From: Candidatus Undinarchaeota archaeon
Lineage (GTDB): Archaea > SpSt-1190
NCBI GenBank assembly: GCA_964449215.1
Contig: CAYVAH010000025.1
Location: 1-10,346, forward strand
Direction of reading: 5' to 3'
Length of the DNA stretch: 10,346 nt
Every line of letters starts with the position of its first letter. Positions within the stretch are counted from its first letter, which is position 1. The notes beneath the pieces are model-generated. The model was not told the origin of the DNA, ran no database searches, and saw nothing but the letters and a program-made list of their open reading frames with translations. Shown one piece after another: positions 7,874-10,346 of the stretch. Both the position numbers and the translations under genes were made by a program.

Positions 7874-7902
7874 ACTAGAATTCACGCAGGGAACATATAA
7901 CG

Positions 7903-8097
7903 TTATCTGCGCCTGCGACGTGGCGGCTGCTTGACCCTGCGCTTTGCTTCGTGGAGCTTTATCCCCCTGTGCTTGGCACAGGCTATGCAGAGATAGACCT
8001 TGCGCAGCTCCCCAAACTGTTTTTTGAATATCGGTGCGGCCTTGTGGCGGGGGGTCGTCCGCCCGCAGGAATCACATTTTATCCGCCTTTCCCTCAT
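7903..8097 (-). CDS. rps26e: Small-subunit ribosomal protein eS26 (S26e) homologue, minimal 64-aa form
   Basis: CDSCGRTTPRHKA matches the eS26 pattern C-x2-C-x4-P-x2-KA, and KVYLCIACAKHRGI matches K-x3-C-x2-CA-x-H-x2-I/V. Very basic. ATGA overlap with the dnaG stop; GGAGG 7 nt upstream. Confidence 0.75.
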   Translation of the reverse strand: MRERRIKCDSCGRTTPRHKAAPIFKKQFGELRKVYLCIACAKHRGIKLHEAKRRVKQPPRRRRR

Positions 8098-9290
8098 TTC
8101 TCTTCCTCCAGTTCTTTCAGGGTGACCACAGCCGAACCCTTCAGCCCGGATTCAGCAGTCTTACCCACTATCAATCCAACACCGTGGTTCCGGCATATCC
8201 CGACAATTTTCCTGCTCACAGAACCGTCCATCACCACTGTATCTGCCTTGAGTATCTCAAGGTATCTCCCCAGTTCCACCGTGGGGACCTTCCCGAGTAT
8301 CTCGGAATCGCGAAGCAAGTAGGCACCCCTCGTCCCGACCAGGTCATCAAGGAGCTTTTTGAACTGCTCCTTCTTTTCTTTGGAGAGCCTGATCGCCTTC
8401 TCGCTGGTTTCTTTTTTTACCTTCCTGCCCTGCCTCTTTGGAGGAGCCGCCTCAAGAGTGACACCAAGGTTCGCCCTTACCTGCTCGGCAGTTTCCCTCC
8501 CCCTGAGCGCCTTGTGTATCTCCTTCTTGCTGAGCTCCTCGACTTCCTTTCCGTCAGGAGCCCGCGCTATGAAGTCTATGTCCGCAGCCATCAAGAACTC
8601 CTTGATTATCAGGTCCCCACCGCGGTCGCCATCAACGAACAGCGTGACCACCTTGCTCTTGCTTAGCTCTATGACCTCTCTGGGTATCTTGTTCCCGCCG
8701 ATTGATATGACATTCTTTATCCCGTGCCTGAGGAGGTTCAGCACATCAGCCCTGCCCTCAACCACTATCAGCTCCTCACTCGAGTCCACAGCAGGACCGG
8801 AAGCGAGCTTAGACGGGCCATAGGTCAGGAGTTCCGCCTGCCGGACCGCTTCGGTAACCTCCTCCAGGAGTTCCTGACTGTCCGGGCCCTTCATCAGCAT
8901 GTCCTTGAGTATATTCTTGGCCCGGTCAACTATGTATTTGCGCTTACGTTCCCTCACGTCCTCGACAGCAACAGCCTTCACCCTTGCCTCACAGGGCCCT
9001 ATGCGGTCGATTGTCTCAAGGGCGGCGGCTATTATCGCCGTCTCTGCCTTGTCCATGCTCGAAGGGAGCTCAATCACACCATCAGTCTTCCCGCTTCTCG
9101 TCTTCAGGCTAACCTCTATACGTCCGATCCTTCCACTTTTCTGCAACTCCCTCAGTTCAAGCTCCGGGCCCAAAAGGCCTTCAGTCTGTCCAAACACAGC
9201 ACCGATAATATCGGGCTTTTCAACCACTCCGTTTGCAACGATTTCAGCCTTGATTATGTATTTTGCAGCAACGGGACTTATTTTCCCCAT
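8094..9290 (-). CDS. dnaG: Archaeal DnaG (TOPRIM primase-like protein, exosome-associated RNA-binding subunit)
   Basis: GVVEKPDIIGAVFGQTEGLLG, LRELQKSGRIGRI, TOPRIM motifs VVEGRADV and DGDRGG, and APDGKEVEEL. ATG at 9290 follows a perfect SD; 398 aa. Confidence 0.97.
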   Translation of the reverse strand: MGKISPVAAKYIIKAEIVANGVVEKPDIIGAVFGQTEGLLGPELELRELQKSGRIGRIEVSLKTRSGKTDGVIELPSSMDKAETAIIAAALETIDRIGPCEARVKAVAVEDVRERKRKYIVDRAKNILKDMLMKGPDSQELLEEVTEAVRQAELLTYGPSKLASGPAVDSSEELIVVEGRADVLNLLRHGIKNVISIGGNKIPREVIELSKSKVVTLFVDGDRGGDLIIKEFLMAADIDFIARAPDGKEVEELSKKEIHKALRGRETAEQVRANLGVTLEAAPPKRQGRKVKKETSEKAIRLSKEKKEQFKKLLDDLVGTRGAYLLRDSEILGKVPTVELGRYLEILKADTVVMDGSVSRKIVGICRNHGVGLIVGKTAESGLKGSAVVTLKELEEEK

Positions 9291-9294
9291 TGCA

Positions 9295-9303
9295 ATCACC
9301 TCC
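9295..9303 (-). promoter_or_regulatory. Shine-Dalgarno GGAGGTGAT of dnaG
   Basis: The plus strand reads ATCACCTCC, identical to the canonical 16S rRNA anti-SD. It ends 4 nt before the ATG at 9290. Confidence 0.8.
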
Positions 9304-9322
9304 CCACTCACAACGGCAAGTG

Positions 9323-9330
9323 TTTAAAAA
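9323..9330. promoter_or_regulatory. Putative bidirectional TATA box (TTTAAAAA / TTTTTAAA)
   Basis: 20 nt before ATG 9351 on the plus strand. On the minus strand the same spacing lands at about 9302, at the start of the dnaG SD. Confidence 0.6.
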
Positions 9331-9350
9331 GCTGTGTTGCTTTTCGAGTT

Positions 9351-9629
9351 ATGCCAGCACGCTTGCAGTCAAAAGAACTCCCGGTGTTTGCAGATGAAGT
9401 TATGGTGAGTTTCACAATAAAGAGAAGCAAGGACGGGAAGAGGAAGGATGCCGTGGTGAGGATGAGTTTCATAGACAGTATGAAAAAGACCGTCATCTCT
9501 GAGGTCGTTGTCAGCCCGGTGACAGCCGATGCCCTGTCAAGGGTGCTGGGCAAAACACTGGAAAAACTCGAGGGAGCGCTCAGGGGTGAGATGAAAAGAA
9601 GGGAAGACACGACCACCTACATAGGCTGA
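9351..9629 (+). CDS. Small hypothetical protein, DUF3467-like, ending in YIG
   Basis: 92 aa MPARLQSKELPVFADEVMV...SEVVVSPVTADALSRVL...TTYIG. This is the real part of the track's 8724..9629 ORF. The F-A-D/N...V-x-x-SP-x-x-A-x-x-L-x-x-x-L pattern resembles DUF3467. TATA box 20 nt upstream. Confidence 0.7.
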   Translation: MPARLQSKELPVFADEVMVSFTIKRSKDGKRKDAVVRMSFIDSMKKTVISEVVVSPVTADALSRVLGKTLEKLEGALRGEMKRREDTTTYIG

Positions 9630-10099
9630 ATGTCAAACCAGCTTATTGGTTTCAGGTCCTCAAATCTCAGGCCCAGCAGCTCGCAGGCCTTTCGTATGTT
9701 GTCCTCGCTGCCCTCAAGCTCAAGAGTCGGGGGCAGCCCCTTTATGAAAACCAGCTCCCCTTTGGCTCCGGCAACATAAAAGCGGAAGAGCCTTTTTTCG
9801 TTTGTCCGTGGGTGGGAAATATCAACCCCGAGTGCCGAGAGAAGTTCCATAACCCTTCCCGGGTCACTCACCAGAAACTCCGTCTCCTCTCTGGACTTCA
9901 AGGGACCTTTTTTTCGGAGCTTCCCCTTGTGCGTCAAAATAAACTTGTCCCCTTCCTTTCTGACACGCAGAATTCCCTCACCGAGCTGGAATATCTTGTC
10001 GCTCTGGGAAAGGACCTCAATGCCCACACCAAGTTCCTTCAACCTCTTCAAAAGAGCCTCAACACCAACACCCACGAGCTTGCCCTCAAGCTCTTCCAT
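9617..10099 (-). CDS. CYTH-domain protein (class IV adenylate cyclase / triphosphate tunnel metalloenzyme family)
   Basis: N-terminal ExExK (ELEGK), QSDKIF, LRVRK, LTHKG, SREETE and LELEG. 13-nt convergent overlap with the preceding gene. Confidence 0.85.
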   Translation of the reverse strand: MEELEGKLVGVGVEALLKRLKELGVGIEVLSQSDKIFQLGEGILRVRKEGDKFILTHKGKLRKKGPLKSREETEFLVSDPGRVMELLSALGVDISHPRTNEKRLFRFYVAGAKGELVFIKGLPPTLELEGSEDNIRKACELLGLRFEDLKPISWFDIQPM

Positions 10100-10119
10100 C
10101 CCGTCCCGAAAGGGGAGGC

Positions 10120-10127
10120 TTAATAAA
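10120..10127. promoter_or_regulatory. Putative TATA box (TTTATTAA minus / TTAATAAA plus)
   Basis: 20 nt before the CYTH ATG at 10099. On the plus strand the same spacing points to about 10148-10150, where the GC-rich structured element begins. Confidence 0.55.
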
Positions 10128-10149
10128 ACTCACGTGCAGTTTATGTTTT

Positions 10150-10346
10150 GCCCGAGGTACCCGCAGCGAGCCAGAGTGAAAGGGCTGGAGCGAAGCAAAA
10201 ATGAGGGTGCCGGAGGTACCCTAATGCGGATCAACCGAGCATCGGTTGGCATCAACGATTTCGAGACGAGGCGAAGCTCGTTCCATCAACGCTTTGCAAG
10301 GCCGTTCGAACGGAGTTCGAGAGGCCAGCGACGTAAGTCGCTTGGA
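10150..10346 (+). other. Hairpin-dense non-coding element (unidentified structured RNA or REP-like element), truncated by the window edge
   Basis: Stem-loops at 10204-10222, 10232-10248, 10266-10281, 10302-10313 and 10327-10342, plus a long-range CCGCA/TGCGG pair (10161-10165 with 10225-10229). Repeated GAGGTACCC, CATCAACG, GCGAAGC and TTCGAGA. Confidence 0.55.

Noticed and set aside
8724..9350. N-terminal 209 aa of the 301-aa plus-strand ORF
   Set aside because: Antisense shadow of dnaG. Only the part from ATG 9351 looks like a real protein and has a TATA box.
863..10123. Remaining antisense or nested ORFs in the track (e.g. 863-1168, 4396-4947, 6996-7439, 8034-8666, 9812-10123)
   Set aside because: They lie within confidently assigned genes on the other strand or frame and show no family motifs.
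10150..10230. tRNA-like 5' ends (CCCGAGGTACCC, CCGGAGGTACCC) or an RNase P/SRP RNA
   Set aside because: I could not build a cloverleaf or find a matching acceptor 3' strand. No RNase P GAGGAA(A/G)-type P4 motif or SRP helix-8 motif is present in the window.
10143..10346. Open frame from ATG 10143 (MFCPRYPQRARV...) to the window end
   Set aside because: Arg/Ser-rich with no recognisable motif, and it overlaps dense hairpins. More likely incidental, though not excluded.
10150..10346. CRISPR array
   Set aside because: Repeats are only 7-9 bp, of several kinds and irregularly spaced; no cas genes are present.

Overview
This is a compact archaeal genomic window, most likely from a DPANN-type lineage (inferred from the short genes, the MGKISPV-type DnaG N-terminus and the short stand-alone HerA-like ATPase). 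The left ~3.4 kb is an AT-richer, translationally coupled surface-glycosylation operon on the minus strand: NAD-dependent epimerase, GT4, GT87/DUF2029, and a partial alkaline-phosphatase-superfamily gene that the ORF track missed. The GC-richer remainder holds a conserved hypothetical protein (SWIM-like without metal ligands, PIP-like tail), DUF63 plus an Fcf1-type PIN nuclease, three orphan membrane-associated proteins, a HerA/DUF87 ATPase, archaeal dnaG, a small DUF3467-like protein, a CYTH protein, and a hairpin-dense non-coding element at the right edge. The best finding is a 64-aa minimal ribosomal protein eS26 homologue coupled to dnaG by an ATGA overlap, which parallels the bacterial rpsU(bS21)-dnaG pairing. 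Its transcript is the only one here whose first gene has a perfect Shine-Dalgarno. The other transcription units look leaderless, with TATA boxes about 20 nt before the start codon, and three of those TATA boxes appear bidirectional. All family calls come from motif recognition by eye; no searches were run.
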